Assembly (NCBI GenBank): GCA_963771355.1
Contig: CAVYTA010000007.1
Location: forward strand, 640,001 to 704,000
Reading direction: 5' to 3'
Origin: an uncultured Candidatus Rokubacteria bacterium
GTDB taxonomy: Bacteria; Methylomirabilota; Methylomirabilia; Rokubacteriales; CSP1-6
DNA: 64,000 nt
This document shows positions 1-9,790 of the stretch, piece by piece. Position 1 is the stretch's first letter. Every line of letters starts with the position of its first letter. A program made the translations under genes and the position numbers. The notes beneath the pieces are model-generated. The model made no database searches, had not been told where the DNA came from, and was given only the letters and a program-made list of their open reading frames with translations.

Positions 1-180
1 ACCCGGCTCGTGGAGTCGGCGCTGCGCCGGCTTGGCCCCGCCACCCACGACGCGGCGGTGGCGCTGGCGGAGCTCCCCGACATGATCCGCGGCTACGAGC
101 ACATCAAGCTCGACAACGTGAAGCGGTTCCGCGAGGCGGCCCAACCGCTCGTCGCGAAGGTCACACAACAACCTGCATGA
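1..180 (+). CDS. C-terminal end of an indolepyruvate ferredoxin oxidoreductase family protein (partial, starts before the window)
   Basis: Frame 1 reads ...LAELPDMIRGYEHIKLDNVKRFREAA...* (TGA 178-180), the typical C-terminus of fused IOR-family proteins. Confidence 0.7.
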   Translation, partial: TRLVESALRRLGPATHDAAVALAELPDMIRGYEHIKLDNVKRFREAAQPLVAKVTQQPA

Positions 181-199
181 CCGGGGAGGGCTCTCAACG

Positions 200-730
200 G
201 TGAGACGGCTGCTGGTGGTCGGCTTGGCGGTGACGCTGGCGGGGTGCGCGGCGATGAGGGCGGAGAAGGAACCGCCCGCGTCGTTGTCGGCGGAGGCGAC
301 GCTCAAGGACAAGGACGGCAAGCAGGTGGGGGTGGCGACCCTGATCCAGCAGCCGGACGGCGTGCGGATCGCGTTGACGGGCTATCGCCTCCCGCCCGGG
401 GACAAGGGCCTGCACATCCACGCGGTGGGCGTGTGCCAGCCGCCCGAGTTCACGTCCTCGATGGCGCACTTCAACCCGGGCGGGAAGAAGCACGGCATGG
501 AGAGCCCGGAGGGTCCGCACGCGGGTGACCTGCCGAATCTCAAAGTTGCGGCCAATGGCGAGGGCGGGATCGACTACGTCAACAAGCTGGTCACGCTCGG
601 ACCCGGGCCCAACTCGCTCCTGGGCGAGAACGGCACCGCCATCATCGTGCACGCGGCGGCCGACGACATGAAGACCGACCCCACCGGCAATAGCGGCGGG
701 CGCATCGCCTGCGGCGTCATCGTCAAGTAG
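200..730 (+). CDS. sodC: Cu/Zn superoxide dismutase, lipoprotein
   Basis: Lipobox LAGC; metal ligands LHIH, HFNP, KKHG, PHAGDL, IVHA; C-terminal GNSGGRIACG; RBS GGAGG. Confidence 0.93.
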   Translation: MRRLLVVGLAVTLAGCAAMRAEKEPPASLSAEATLKDKDGKQVGVATLIQQPDGVRIALTGYRLPPGDKGLHIHAVGVCQPPEFTSSMAHFNPGGKKHGMESPEGPHAGDLPNLKVAANGEGGIDYVNKLVTLGPGPNSLLGENGTAIIVHAAADDMKTDPTGNSGGRIACGVIVK

Positions 731-742
731 ACGCGCGCCGAT

Positions 743-789
743 CGCCGGCGACCTCGTCCCGACGCCGATCCAGGACGGGGTCGCCGGCG
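743..789 (+). terminator. GC-rich 17-bp stem-loop after sodC (possible terminator or mRNA stabiliser; no U-tract)
   Basis: CGCCGGCGACCTCGTCC (743-759) pairs with GGACGGGGTCGCCGGCG (773-789), one G-U pair. Confidence 0.45.
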
Positions 790-935
790 CCCGCGTAGGC
801 CCCCGCCGGCGGCAAGGCTAAGAGCGGTCGCCCGCGCAGATGGCCATCCCGCCCTCAGGCTGAGCGTGAGTCCTTCGAGCTACGCGCAGGGCTCGCGGTT
901 GAGTGCGGGTCAGGCCACAGAATAGGGAGCGCACC

Positions 936-1349
936 TTGGCCGCAACCATTCTCATGGTTCTCAGTGCGAGCATCATGTGTACGCTCGGAGTCCTTCACCT
1001 CGTCTATACGTTCTGGGGGCCAAAGCTCACACCGCGTGACCACGCGCTGCAAGTCAGCATGAGCCGGATTTCACCTGTCATCACGAAGGAAACAACCATG
1101 TGGCGGGCCTGGGTGGGCTTCAATGTCAGCCACAGCATGGGGGCGATCTTGTTCGGCTTGGTGTTCGGCTTTCTGGCGTTGGCTCACGGCCCCCTCCTCT
1201 TCCAGTCACCGTTCCTGCTCATTGTCGGGCTGGCAATGCTTGGCGGCTTTGTCGTGCTCGGCAAGGTGTATTGGTTCAGTGCGCCGTTCCGGGGCATCAG
1301 CATGTCGCTGGCCTGCTATGTCGCCAGCATCGCGCTATCGCGGGCCTGA
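936..1349 (+). CDS. Small integral membrane protein (LIC_13387-like family)
   Basis: Hydrophobic segments; motifs LHLVYTF and TMWRAWVGFNVSHSMG; TTG start after GGGAG. Confidence 0.7.
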   Translation: MAATILMVLSASIMCTLGVLHLVYTFWGPKLTPRDHALQVSMSRISPVITKETTMWRAWVGFNVSHSMGAILFGLVFGFLALAHGPLLFQSPFLLIVGLAMLGGFVVLGKVYWFSAPFRGISMSLACYVASIALSRA

Positions 1350-1353
1350 CACA

Positions 1354-2286
1354 GTGTCGAGCGAGCGAAAGGCGGGGAAGGTCCTGAAGGGCAAAGTGGC
1401 GCTGGTGGCCGGGGCAACGCGCGGCGCGGGCCGCGGCATCGCGGTGGAGCTGGGCGCGGCGGGGGCCACGGTGTACGTCACCGGACGCACCACGCGCACG
1501 CGACCGTCCGAGCTGAACCGTCCCGAAACGATCGAAGAGACGGCCGAGCTGGTGCAGCAGGCGGGCGGCCAGGGTATTGCCGTGCCCGTCGATCATCTGG
1601 AGCCGGCCCAGGTGCAAGCGCTGGTGGCGCGGATCGAGCGGGAGCAGGGTCGCCTGGATATCCTGGTCAACGATGCGTGGGGAGCGGACTTCTTGATCGA
1701 GTGGAACGTGCCCGTGTGGAAGCACTCCCTGGACGGGGGGCTGCGCATGCTGCGCCTCGCCATCGACACGCATCTCATCACCAGCCACTTCGCACTCCCG
1801 CTCTTGATCAAGAATCCGGGCGGACTGGTCGTCGAGATGACGGACGGCACCGCCGAATACAACAATGCCAACTACCGGCTGTCGCTGTTCTATGACCTCG
1901 CCAAGACCTCGGTCATTCGCATGGCGTGGGCGCAGGCGCACGAGCTTCGGCCCCATCAGTGCACCGCCGTTGCCCTGAGTCCGGGCTGGCTGCGCTCGGA
2001 GCAAATGCTGGAGAACTACGGGGTCAGTGAAGCGAACTGGCGTGATGCCACCGCGAAGCAACCGCACTTCGTCATCACCGAGACGCCACGGTACGTCGGG
2101 CGTGCCGTGGCCGCCCTCGCCGCCGATCCCGAGGTGGCGCGCTGGAGTGGTCAGTCGCTTTCCAGTGGGCAGCTGGCCAAGGTCTATGGCTTCACCGATC
2201 TGGATGGGTCTCAGCCCGATGCGTGGCGCTACGTTCGTGAGGTCCAGGATGCCGGTAAACCCGCCGATGCGACCGGGTACCGGTAG
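1354..2286 (+). CDS. SDR family oxidoreductase (DHRS1-like)
   Basis: VAGATRGAGRG nucleotide-binding loop, LDILVND, catalytic YDLAK. Confidence 0.9.
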   Translation: MSSERKAGKVLKGKVALVAGATRGAGRGIAVELGAAGATVYVTGRTTRTRPSELNRPETIEETAELVQQAGGQGIAVPVDHLEPAQVQALVARIEREQGRLDILVNDAWGADFLIEWNVPVWKHSLDGGLRMLRLAIDTHLITSHFALPLLIKNPGGLVVEMTDGTAEYNNANYRLSLFYDLAKTSVIRMAWAQAHELRPHQCTAVALSPGWLRSEQMLENYGVSEANWRDATAKQPHFVITETPRYVGRAVAALAADPEVARWSGQSLSSGQLAKVYGFTDLDGSQPDAWRYVREVQDAGKPADATGYR

Positions 2287-2303
2287 TCGCGCCGCGTGAG
2301 CTG

Positions 2304-2636
2304 ATGGCACCATGGACGTCTGCTCGACGACTGTTCGGGGTGGCCGTGATCGCGTATGGCCTGGGATTCCTCGGTTGGTTGTTTTGGCCCACGTTTCACA
2401 AGTCCTTCCTCGGGAGTGTGGTGGGGATTCCGCCGTTCTCGATTTACGTCTTCGAGCACTTCGGAGTGCCGGGGCTTACCGATCGCAGCCGTTGCGACTG
2501 GATGTGGTGCAAGCCAACGATATTCGGCATTGTCTTCACCACGGTAGTCTGGCTCGGCGTGGTGTGGCTCGTCTCACTCGGCATTGCGCACCTCAGCCGT
2601 TCGACGCGTTCACAGGGGCGTGGCGCCGATCGATGA
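2304..2636 (+). CDS. Hypothetical membrane protein
   Basis: 110-aa ORF with 2-3 hydrophobic helices between co-oriented genes. Confidence 0.6.
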   Translation: MAPWTSARRLFGVAVIAYGLGFLGWLFWPTFHKSFLGSVVGIPPFSIYVFEHFGVPGLTDRSRCDWMWCKPTIFGIVFTTVVWLGVVWLVSLGIAHLSRSTRSQGRGADR

Positions 2637-2665
2637 ACTCGCCGGATTGAGAGAGGAGCGCCAGG

Positions 2666-3004
2666 ATGCGGGAGCCGGTGGTGGCACGGATGTGGCAAGG
2701 GCGGACGCGAGAAGCGATCGCCGAGACCTACGCCGGATACCTCTATGAAGAAGGCGTGAAGAAGCTCAGGAGCACGCCCGGCAACTTGGGCGTCCAGGTG
2801 TTTCGAGAAGTACGCGACGGCATCGCGAGCTTCATCACGATCTCCTACTGGGGCTCGCGCGACGAGATCAGGGCCTATGCCGGCGCGGACATCGAGAGGA
2901 CGCACCACCTTCCGAAGGACGCCGAGTACCTTCTCGAGCTTCCCCCGACGGTCCGCCACTTCGATATCCTCGTCAACGAGTGGAGCGCAGAAGGGCCCGC
3001 GTGA
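2666..3004 (+). CDS. Antibiotic biosynthesis monooxygenase (ABM)-like protein
   Basis: VARMWQGRT...STPGNLG...FITISYWGSRDEIRAYAGADI pattern; RBS GAGGAG. Confidence 0.8.
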   Translation: MREPVVARMWQGRTREAIAETYAGYLYEEGVKKLRSTPGNLGVQVFREVRDGIASFITISYWGSRDEIRAYAGADIERTHHLPKDAEYLLELPPTVRHFDILVNEWSAEGPA

Positions 3005-3483
3005 CCGGAGCGGCCAAGCGGCGCGTCGGCCTCATCTCGGACACGCATGGTCTGCTCCGGCCGGAGGCGGTCGCGTTCCTGCGCGGCAGCGATCGGATCG
3101 TTCACGGAGGCGACATCGGGAGCGAGGGCGTTCTCCACGAGCTCGCCGCCCTCGCTCCGGTCACCGCCGTCCGCGGGAACAACGATACGGGCCCCTGGGC
3201 CGGAGCGGTGCCGCCGACCGGGGTGCTCCAGGTCGGCGAGGTATTCATCTATGTCGTGCACGATCTCGGCGATCTGGACCTGGATCCCGTGGCCGCCGGG
3301 TTCCAGGTGGTGGTCTCAGGGCATTCGCATCGGCCGTCCGTGATGGAGCGCGATGGGGTGCTCTACGTCAATCCCGGCAGCTCGGGCCCGCGGCGCTTCA
3401 AGCTCCCGATCACGGTGGGCGAGCTCACGGTGGTCGACAACGCGGTCAGCGCGCGAGTGGTGGAGCTCGACGTGGGGAGGTGA
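3001..3483 (+). CDS. Metallophosphoesterase (YfcE family)
   Basis: ISDTHG, HGGD, VRGNND, SGHSH, NPGS motifs; GTGA overlap with upstream stop. Confidence 0.9.
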   Translation: MTGAAKRRVGLISDTHGLLRPEAVAFLRGSDRIVHGGDIGSEGVLHELAALAPVTAVRGNNDTGPWAGAVPPTGVLQVGEVFIYVVHDLGDLDLDPVAAGFQVVVSGHSHRPSVMERDGVLYVNPGSSGPRRFKLPITVGELTVVDNAVSARVVELDVGR

Positions 3484-4260
3484 TGGCGCGCATGAGGTCG
3501 GAGCCTCCCGCGTCTGTCGTCGAGTTCTACGACGCCCTCGCCCCCTGGTATCACCTGGTCTATCGGGATTGGGAGGCCGGCATCGCGCGGCAGGGGGACG
3601 CGCTGGCCGCGCTCCTGGCCGCCGAGTGGGGAGACGGCGTCCGCCGGCTCCTCGACGTGACCATGGGGGTGGGGACCCAGGCGCTGGGTCTCGCCGCCCG
3701 GGGCTATCAGGTGATCGGGTCCGACCTTTCGTCCTCGTCGGTTCGGCGTGCCGGTGCGGAGGCCACCCGGCGTGGGCTCACGCTGCGGGGCTACGTGGCC
3801 GACGTCCGCGCCCTGGCCGCACGGCACGGGCTCGGCCGATGCGGTGCTCGCATGCGACAACGCGCTGCCGCACCTCCTGTCCGAGGACGAGATCCGGGTC
3901 GCGCTCGGCGAGTGCCTCCGGTGCCTGCGCCCCGGCGGCGGGTGCGTGATCTCGCTGCGCGACTACGGGCCGGCCCCGGCGCCCGGCACCGAGGAGATCA
4001 AGGACTATGGGAACCGCGTCTGGGAGGGCCGCGCCTGCCGCTTCCGCCAGATCTGGCGCTGGCGCGGCCCGATCTACGACCTGGTTTTCGAGCTCGTGGC
4101 GACGGGCGACTCGCCCGAGGTGATCATGCGCACGCCGCCCACGACCTACTTCGCGGTGCCGGTCGCTCGCGTGGCGGCCCTCATGGAGGCGGTGGGGTTC
4201 TTGCGCGTTCGCCGGGTGGACGGCTGCCTCTTCCAGCCCGTCCTGGTCGGCACCCGATGA
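3483..4260 (+). CDS. Class I SAM-dependent methyltransferase, with one frameshift near 3828-3830
   Basis: FYDALAPWYHL and LLDVTMGVGTQ in one frame; SADAVLACDNALPHL...LRPGG in another; extra G in GGG run. Confidence 0.8.
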
Positions 4261-4281
4261 CTCGCGGCAAGGCGACGTGAG

Positions 4282-4640
4282 TCAGCGCCGCGCGGGGTCG
4301 CCGCCCGTGCTCGGAATCTGGATCATGGGCACCGCGCCGCCGCCGAAGGTGTACTGGGGCAGGCGGCCGGGATGAACGAGCAGCGCGAGCGCCCGGATGG
4401 AAGGGGTGAAGAAGTACCGCCCGCGGTGACGGTGACGAAGCGATCCAGTCCGATCACCACGTGGCCGTGCTCCGTGGGCAGCTTCACCTCGTGCCGCCCC
4501 GCGGGTTGGCCCACCAAGGGATCCGCGCCGGGCTCGGGCCGCACCCCGGGGGAAGTCGGGTCGATTGCCGGCGAAGACGAGAAAGCTTCGGTGCCGCGTC
4601 CCGCCCTCCTCGTCCGGATATCCAGGACGAACGCGCCGAC
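4282..4640 (-). pseudogene. Mosaic of gene remnants: DyP-type peroxidase C-terminus joined to an SPFH/prohibitin-like C-terminus
   Basis: Minus strand gives DPLVGQ...LDRFVTVT(fs)GRYFFTPSIRAL, then LPQYTFGGGAVPMIQIP. Confidence 0.55.
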
Positions 4641-4853
4641 GCGCGCGTCCGCGCCGGGGGCCCCCGCTCGCCACGCTCGACGGCGCCGCGAATCCTGCCT
4701 GACGCGATGCAGCATCCGCCGGCCCGCGGCCCGGCCGCGTTCGGCATGGTGAACAGTTGTCGCCCCCGCGGCCATCGCGTATATTTGCCGCCACCATAGG
4801 GAAATGCGCGCGTCCGGTCGCTGCCGCCCGACGCGTCTCCAGGAGGAGACCGC

Positions 4854-6467
4854 ATGCGTCACACCACACTCGTCACCGCCATCGCGGGGCTGGCGCTCGC
4901 CGCCGTCACCGCGCTCCCACCCACTCCCGCCATCGGCCAGACGCCGAAGTCCGGCGGCACCCTCAACATCATGGCGCGCGAGGACCTCGCGCAGGGCTTC
5001 GCCACCCACGAGACGTCCACGGTGGCGACGAGCACGCCGTCGCTTCCCTGCTTCAGCAACCTCGTCTTCTTCGACCCCAGCAAGAAGACCGACAGCATGG
5101 ACACCATCGTCGGCGAGCTGGCCGAGAAGTGGTCCTGGCAGGACAACTACAAAAATCTCGTGTTCTTCCTGCGAAAAGACGTCAAGTGGCACGACGGCAA
5201 GCCCTTCACCTCGAAGGACGTGAAGCACACCTTCGACATGGTCCGGGAGGCGCCCGACGCCGCCGCGAAGCTACGGATCAGTCCCAGAAAAGACTGGTAT
5301 GCCAACGTCGAGCACATCGAGGCCCCTGATCCCCACACGGTGGTCTTCCGCCTGAAGCGCCCGCAGCCCTCGCTGCTCCTCATGCTCGCTTCCGGCTATT
5401 CGCCGATCTACGCCGCCCACGTGCCGCCCGCCGCGTACCGGACCGGTTGCGTGGGGACGGGCCCCTTCAAGGTGAAGGAGTGGCGGAAAGGCGAGTTCAT
5501 CGAGTACGTGAAGAACCCCGACTTCTACGTCAAGGGCCGGCCCTACCTCGACGGGATCAAGTACCTGGTCATCGTGGAGCGCGGGACCCGCACCGCCGCG
5601 CTCCAGTCCGGGCAGCTCGACGTCGCCTTCCCCGGCGAAACCGGACGCATCACCATGGAGCAGCTCAAGAAGGCCGTGCCCAGCATGGTGTTTCAGCCGG
5701 TGGCGCAGAACGTCAGCGACAACATCATCATGAACACCAAGAAGCCGCCCTTCGACAATCCCAAGGTGCGGCTGGCGGTGAGCTACGCCATCGACCGCCG
5801 CGGGCTGATCCAGGCCGCGCATCAGGGCGGCGCCGTGCTCGGGACCGCCATGGCGCCCAAGCCCTACGGTGTGTGGGGTCTGCTCGAGAAAGACCTCCTC
5901 GCCCTGCCCGGCTACGGCAAGGCCGAGGACATGAAGGCTCAGGCGAAGAAGCTCCTCGGCGAGGCCGGCATCACCGCGCAGAACCCGCTGAAGGTCGAGA
6001 TGAGCGTCCGCGCCATCGCGATCTATCTCGACATGGCCTCGTACGTGATCAACGAGCTGAAGCAGGTGGGCATCGAGGCGACGCTGAAGCAGATCGAGAC
6101 GGCGCAGTGGCATGCGACGGCGACGCGGGGCGAGTACCAGATCGGCGCCAATCTCACCGGGCTGGGCACCGACGATCCCGACGCCAACTTCTACGAGAAC
6201 TACGGCTGCGGCTCGCCGCGCAACTACAGCCAGTACTGCAGCGAGGAGATGATGAAGGCCTTCGAGCGCCAGAGCCAGGAGCTGGACCCCAAGAAGCGCG
6301 CGGCCATGGTGGTCGAGATCCAGAAGCGCCTCGAGCAGGACGCGCCGCGGCCCATCCTCGCCCAGCGGCTCGACTACTACGCGCACTGGGCGCACGTGAA
6401 GGGGCTGGTGGCGCACAACAACGTGTACAACTTCAGCCGATTCCAGGACGTGTGGCGGGACAAGTAA
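4854..6467 (+). CDS. ABC transporter substrate-binding protein, family 5 (peptide/nickel type)
   Basis: Signal peptide; GELAEKW, LRKDVKWHDGKPFTSKDV, GTGPFKV, PFDNPKVRLA; RBS AGGAGG. Confidence 0.93.
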   Translation: MRHTTLVTAIAGLALAAVTALPPTPAIGQTPKSGGTLNIMAREDLAQGFATHETSTVATSTPSLPCFSNLVFFDPSKKTDSMDTIVGELAEKWSWQDNYKNLVFFLRKDVKWHDGKPFTSKDVKHTFDMVREAPDAAAKLRISPRKDWYANVEHIEAPDPHTVVFRLKRPQPSLLLMLASGYSPIYAAHVPPAAYRTGCVGTGPFKVKEWRKGEFIEYVKNPDFYVKGRPYLDGIKYLVIVERGTRTAALQSGQLDVAFPGETGRITMEQLKKAVPSMVFQPVAQNVSDNIIMNTKKPPFDNPKVRLAVSYAIDRRGLIQAAHQGGAVLGTAMAPKPYGVWGLLEKDLLALPGYGKAEDMKAQAKKLLGEAGITAQNPLKVEMSVRAIAIYLDMASYVINELKQVGIEATLKQIETAQWHATATRGEYQIGANLTGLGTDDPDANFYENYGCGSPRNYSQYCSEEMMKAFERQSQELDPKKRAAMVVEIQKRLEQDAPRPILAQRLDYYAHWAHVKGLVAHNNVYNFSRFQDVWRDK

Positions 6468-6486
6468 GGGAGCCGGGCCCGATCGC

Positions 6487-7440
6487 GTGAAGAACTACGT
6501 CGCGCAGCGCCTGGGCATCGCCGTCCTCACCCTGCTGGGGATGTCGATGGTCATCTTTGTCCTGCTTCGTCTCGCCCCCGGCGACATCGTGGACATCCTC
6601 TTCTCCACCGGGGGCTACGTGAACGCCGACGAGCGCAAGGCGATCATGAAGGAGCTGGGGATCGACAAGCCGCTCGTCACCCAGTACCTCGAGTGGCTGC
6701 GCAACTTCATGGTCGGCGACCTCGGCAAGTCCTATCGGTACGACCAGCCGGCCTGGGACATCATCCGGCCGCTCATTCCCGTGACCCTGGAGCTGGCGGC
6801 CTTATCCATCCTGGTGGCGGTCTGTCTGGGCGTGCCCACCGGGGTCATCAGCGCGGTGCGCCAGGATACCGGGCTCGACTACGCGCTCCGCGTATTCTCG
6901 CTGGCGGGGCTCAGCATGCCCGCCTTCTGGCTGGGCATGGTCATCATCCTGGCGCTCGTCTCCTGGTTGCAGTGGATCCCACCCGTCACCTACGTCGGCC
7001 CCCGGGAGAACTTCTGGCTCCACGCGGTGCAGTTCGGGCTGCCCGCCCTCGCGGTCGGCTACCGCTCGTCCGCCCTCATCATGCGCATCACCCGCTCCGC
7101 CCTCCTCGAGGTGATGCGCGAGGACTACATCCGCACCGCGTGGGCCAAGGGGCAGAGCGAATCCGTGGTGATCTGGCGCCACGCGCTGAAGAACGCGATC
7201 CTCCCCGTGGTCACCGTCATCGGCATCGAGTTCGCCTTCCTCATCGGCGGCCTGGTGGTGACCGAGAACGTGTTCAACCTGCCCGGGGTGGCGCGGTTCC
7301 TCGTGCAGGCCATCCTCTGGCGCGACTACCCGATCGTGCAGAACCTGGTCATGCTCATCGCGGTGGTGGTGATCCTCTCCAACCTCTTCGTGGACATGCT
7401 CTACGGCTTCCTCGACCCGCGGGTGCGCTATGGCAGCTAG
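6487..7440 (+). CDS. ABC transporter permease (DppB/OppB type)
   Basis: RLAPGD, GDLGKS, EDYIRTAWAKG EAA loop, RDYPIVQ. Confidence 0.93.
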   Translation: MKNYVAQRLGIAVLTLLGMSMVIFVLLRLAPGDIVDILFSTGGYVNADERKAIMKELGIDKPLVTQYLEWLRNFMVGDLGKSYRYDQPAWDIIRPLIPVTLELAALSILVAVCLGVPTGVISAVRQDTGLDYALRVFSLAGLSMPAFWLGMVIILALVSWLQWIPPVTYVGPRENFWLHAVQFGLPALAVGYRSSALIMRITRSALLEVMREDYIRTAWAKGQSESVVIWRHALKNAILPVVTVIGIEFAFLIGGLVVTENVFNLPGVARFLVQAILWRDYPIVQNLVMLIAVVVILSNLFVDMLYGFLDPRVRYGS

Positions 7441-8335
7441 CCCAGCCACCGTCGAGCTGCCCGCGACCGCCCGGGTGGCGCCCGCGCGGCCGGGCGCACT
7501 TACCGTGCTCGGACGCTTCGTCCGGAAGAAGCCCCTGGGCGCGGCGGGCGGATTCATCATGCTCGTGATCACGGTGATCGCGATCTTCGCAAACCTGGCG
7601 GAGACCCACGATCCCATCGCCACCGACGCGGCCGGCACCCTCGGGCGTCCCTCCGCGGAGCACTGGCTCGGTGCCGACCATCTCGGCCGTGACGTCTACT
7701 CCCGGATCGTCCACGGCGCGCGGGTCTCTCTCATCGTGGGTCTCGCCTCGTCCGTGCTGGGTTCCTTCTTCGGCGGCATCATCGGGCTCTGGTCCGGCTA
7801 CATCGGCGGCAAGACGGATCTCATCACCCAGCGCGTGCTGGACATCCTCCAGGGGCTCCCCCTGCTCGTCTTGGCCATGGTGATGTCGGCGGCGCTGGGC
7901 GCGTCCCTCCACAACGTGGTCATCGCCATCTCCGTCCCGATCATCCCGCGCGCCGCGCGCGTGATCCGCTCGAGCGTGCTGTCGATCCGCGAGATGCAGT
8001 ACGTGGAGGCGGCCCGCGCGGTGGGCGTGCGCCACCTCCGCATCGCCTTCCGCCACATCCTGCCCAATACCATGGGCCCCTTCATCGTGCTCATGACCGC
8101 CCAGCTCGGCAGCGCCATCCTGGTGGAGGCCACGCTCTCGTTCCTCGGCCTGGGCGTGCCGGAGCCGTATCCCTCCTGGGGACGCATGCTCTCGGTGTCG
8201 GCGGCGGAGTACGCGCAGAAGGCCCCGCACCTCGTGATCTTCCCCGGCCTCGCCATCAGCCTCGCGGTGTTCGGCTCGAACCTGCTGGGCGACGCGCTGC
8301 GGGACACGCTCGATCCGCGCCTCCGCGGCGCGTGA
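7430..8335 (+). CDS. ABC transporter permease (DppC/OppC type)
   Basis: HWLGADHLGRDVYSR, YVEAARAVG, LSFLGLG, GDALRDTLDPR. Confidence 0.93.
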   Translation: MAASPATVELPATARVAPARPGALTVLGRFVRKKPLGAAGGFIMLVITVIAIFANLAETHDPIATDAAGTLGRPSAEHWLGADHLGRDVYSRIVHGARVSLIVGLASSVLGSFFGGIIGLWSGYIGGKTDLITQRVLDILQGLPLLVLAMVMSAALGASLHNVVIAISVPIIPRAARVIRSSVLSIREMQYVEAARAVGVRHLRIAFRHILPNTMGPFIVLMTAQLGSAILVEATLSFLGLGVPEPYPSWGRMLSVSAAEYAQKAPHLVIFPGLAISLAVFGSNLLGDALRDTLDPRLRGA

Positions 8336-8358
8336 GCGACAACACAGAAAGGACGCCC

Positions 8359-9774
8359 ATGCCCCTCGACGAGCTGTGCTGGATGTCCGCCGCCCGCCTG
8401 GTGGCGGCGATCAAGCGAAAGAAGGTGTCCCCGGTCGAGGTGATGCGCGCGGTGCTCGACCGCATCGAGCGCGTCAACCCGCGTCTCAACGCGTTCGTGA
8501 CCCTCACCGCGGACCAGGCGCTGCGGGACGCGCGCGCGGCGGAGCGGGCGGTGGGGAAGCGGGGCGCGAAGCTCGGGACGCTCCACGGGGTGCCGTTCTC
8601 CACCAAGGACCTCGTGATCACCAAGGGAATCCGCACCACCTTCGGGACCCGACTCTACGCCGACAACGTGCCTACCGAGGACGCGCCCATGGTGGCGCGG
8701 ATGAAGGCGGCGGGCGCCATCCAGCTCGGCAAGACGAACACGCCGACCTTCGGCTGGATCGGGGCCACCCACAACCTCGTCTTCGGGATCACGCGGAACC
8801 CGTGGCATCCGGACCGCACGCCGGGCGGGTCCAGCGGGGGCGCCAGCGCGGCGGTGGCGGCGGGGCTCGGGCCCGTCGCCATCGGGACCGACGGCGGCGG
8901 CTCCATCCGCATCCCCGCCGCCTTCACCGGCATCTTCGGCCACAAGCCGTCCTACGGGCGCATCCCGCTCTATCCGCAGAGCGGGGCGTGGAGCCTCTCG
9001 CACATCGGGCCCATGACGCGCACGGTGGAGGACGCCGCCCTCATGCTGAACGCGTGCGCGGGCCCCGACGAGCGCGACCAGTTCTCGCTGCCCGCCACCG
9101 GCACCGACTACGTCAAGGCCTTGCGCGGGACCCTCAAGGGCCTGCGGGTGGCGTGGACCGCCGATCTCGGCAACGCGCGGGTGGTGGACCCGGAGGTGGA
9201 AGTGGCCTGTGCGAAGGCGGCCAAGCGCTTCCGCGAGCTCGGCGCGCGCGTGGACGAGGTGCGCCCCGGCTGGCCCTCGCCCAAGGAGGCGTGGGAGGCC
9301 ATCTTCTGCGGCGGCATCGCCACGCGGATGGCGCCCTACCTGGCCGAGCGGCGCGCCGACATCGATCCGGGCCTCCTGCCCATCATCGAGCGCACGCTCA
9401 AGTGGCCGCCCACCCGCTACGTGCAGGCGTGGTTCGACCGGCTCGCGTGGTACGACCACGTGCGGAAGCTCTTCGAGACCTACGACCTCCTGCTCACCCC
9501 CACCACCGCCACGCCGCCGTTCAAGGTGGGGCTGGACAATCCCCCCGACATCGCGGGACGGCCGGTGGAGCCCTACGACTGGATCCCGTACACCTATCCC
9601 TTCAACCTGACCGGCCACCCCGCCGCCTCGGTGCCGTGCGGCTTCACCAAGGACGGGCTGCCCGTCGGCTTGCAGATCGTGGGCCGGCGTTACGACGACG
9701 TCAGCGTGCTCCGCGCCGCCGCCGGCTACGAGAGGATCGCCCCCTGGGCCGACCAGAAGCCGCCGCTGGACTGA
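8359..9774 (+). CDS. Amidase signature family enzyme
   Basis: STKD, PGGSSGG, GTDGGGSIRIPA; ATG 8359 after GAAAGGA (alternative GTG at 8332). Confidence 0.92.
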   Translation: MPLDELCWMSAARLVAAIKRKKVSPVEVMRAVLDRIERVNPRLNAFVTLTADQALRDARAAERAVGKRGAKLGTLHGVPFSTKDLVITKGIRTTFGTRLYADNVPTEDAPMVARMKAAGAIQLGKTNTPTFGWIGATHNLVFGITRNPWHPDRTPGGSSGGASAAVAAGLGPVAIGTDGGGSIRIPAAFTGIFGHKPSYGRIPLYPQSGAWSLSHIGPMTRTVEDAALMLNACAGPDERDQFSLPATGTDYVKALRGTLKGLRVAWTADLGNARVVDPEVEVACAKAAKRFRELGARVDEVRPGWPSPKEAWEAIFCGGIATRMAPYLAERRADIDPGLLPIIERTLKWPPTRYVQAWFDRLAWYDHVRKLFETYDLLLTPTTATPPFKVGLDNPPDIAGRPVEPYDWIPYTYPFNLTGHPAASVPCGFTKDGLPVGLQIVGRRYDDVSVLRAAAGYERIAPWADQKPPLD

Positions 9775-9790
9775 GGCGGAGGGAGACGGC

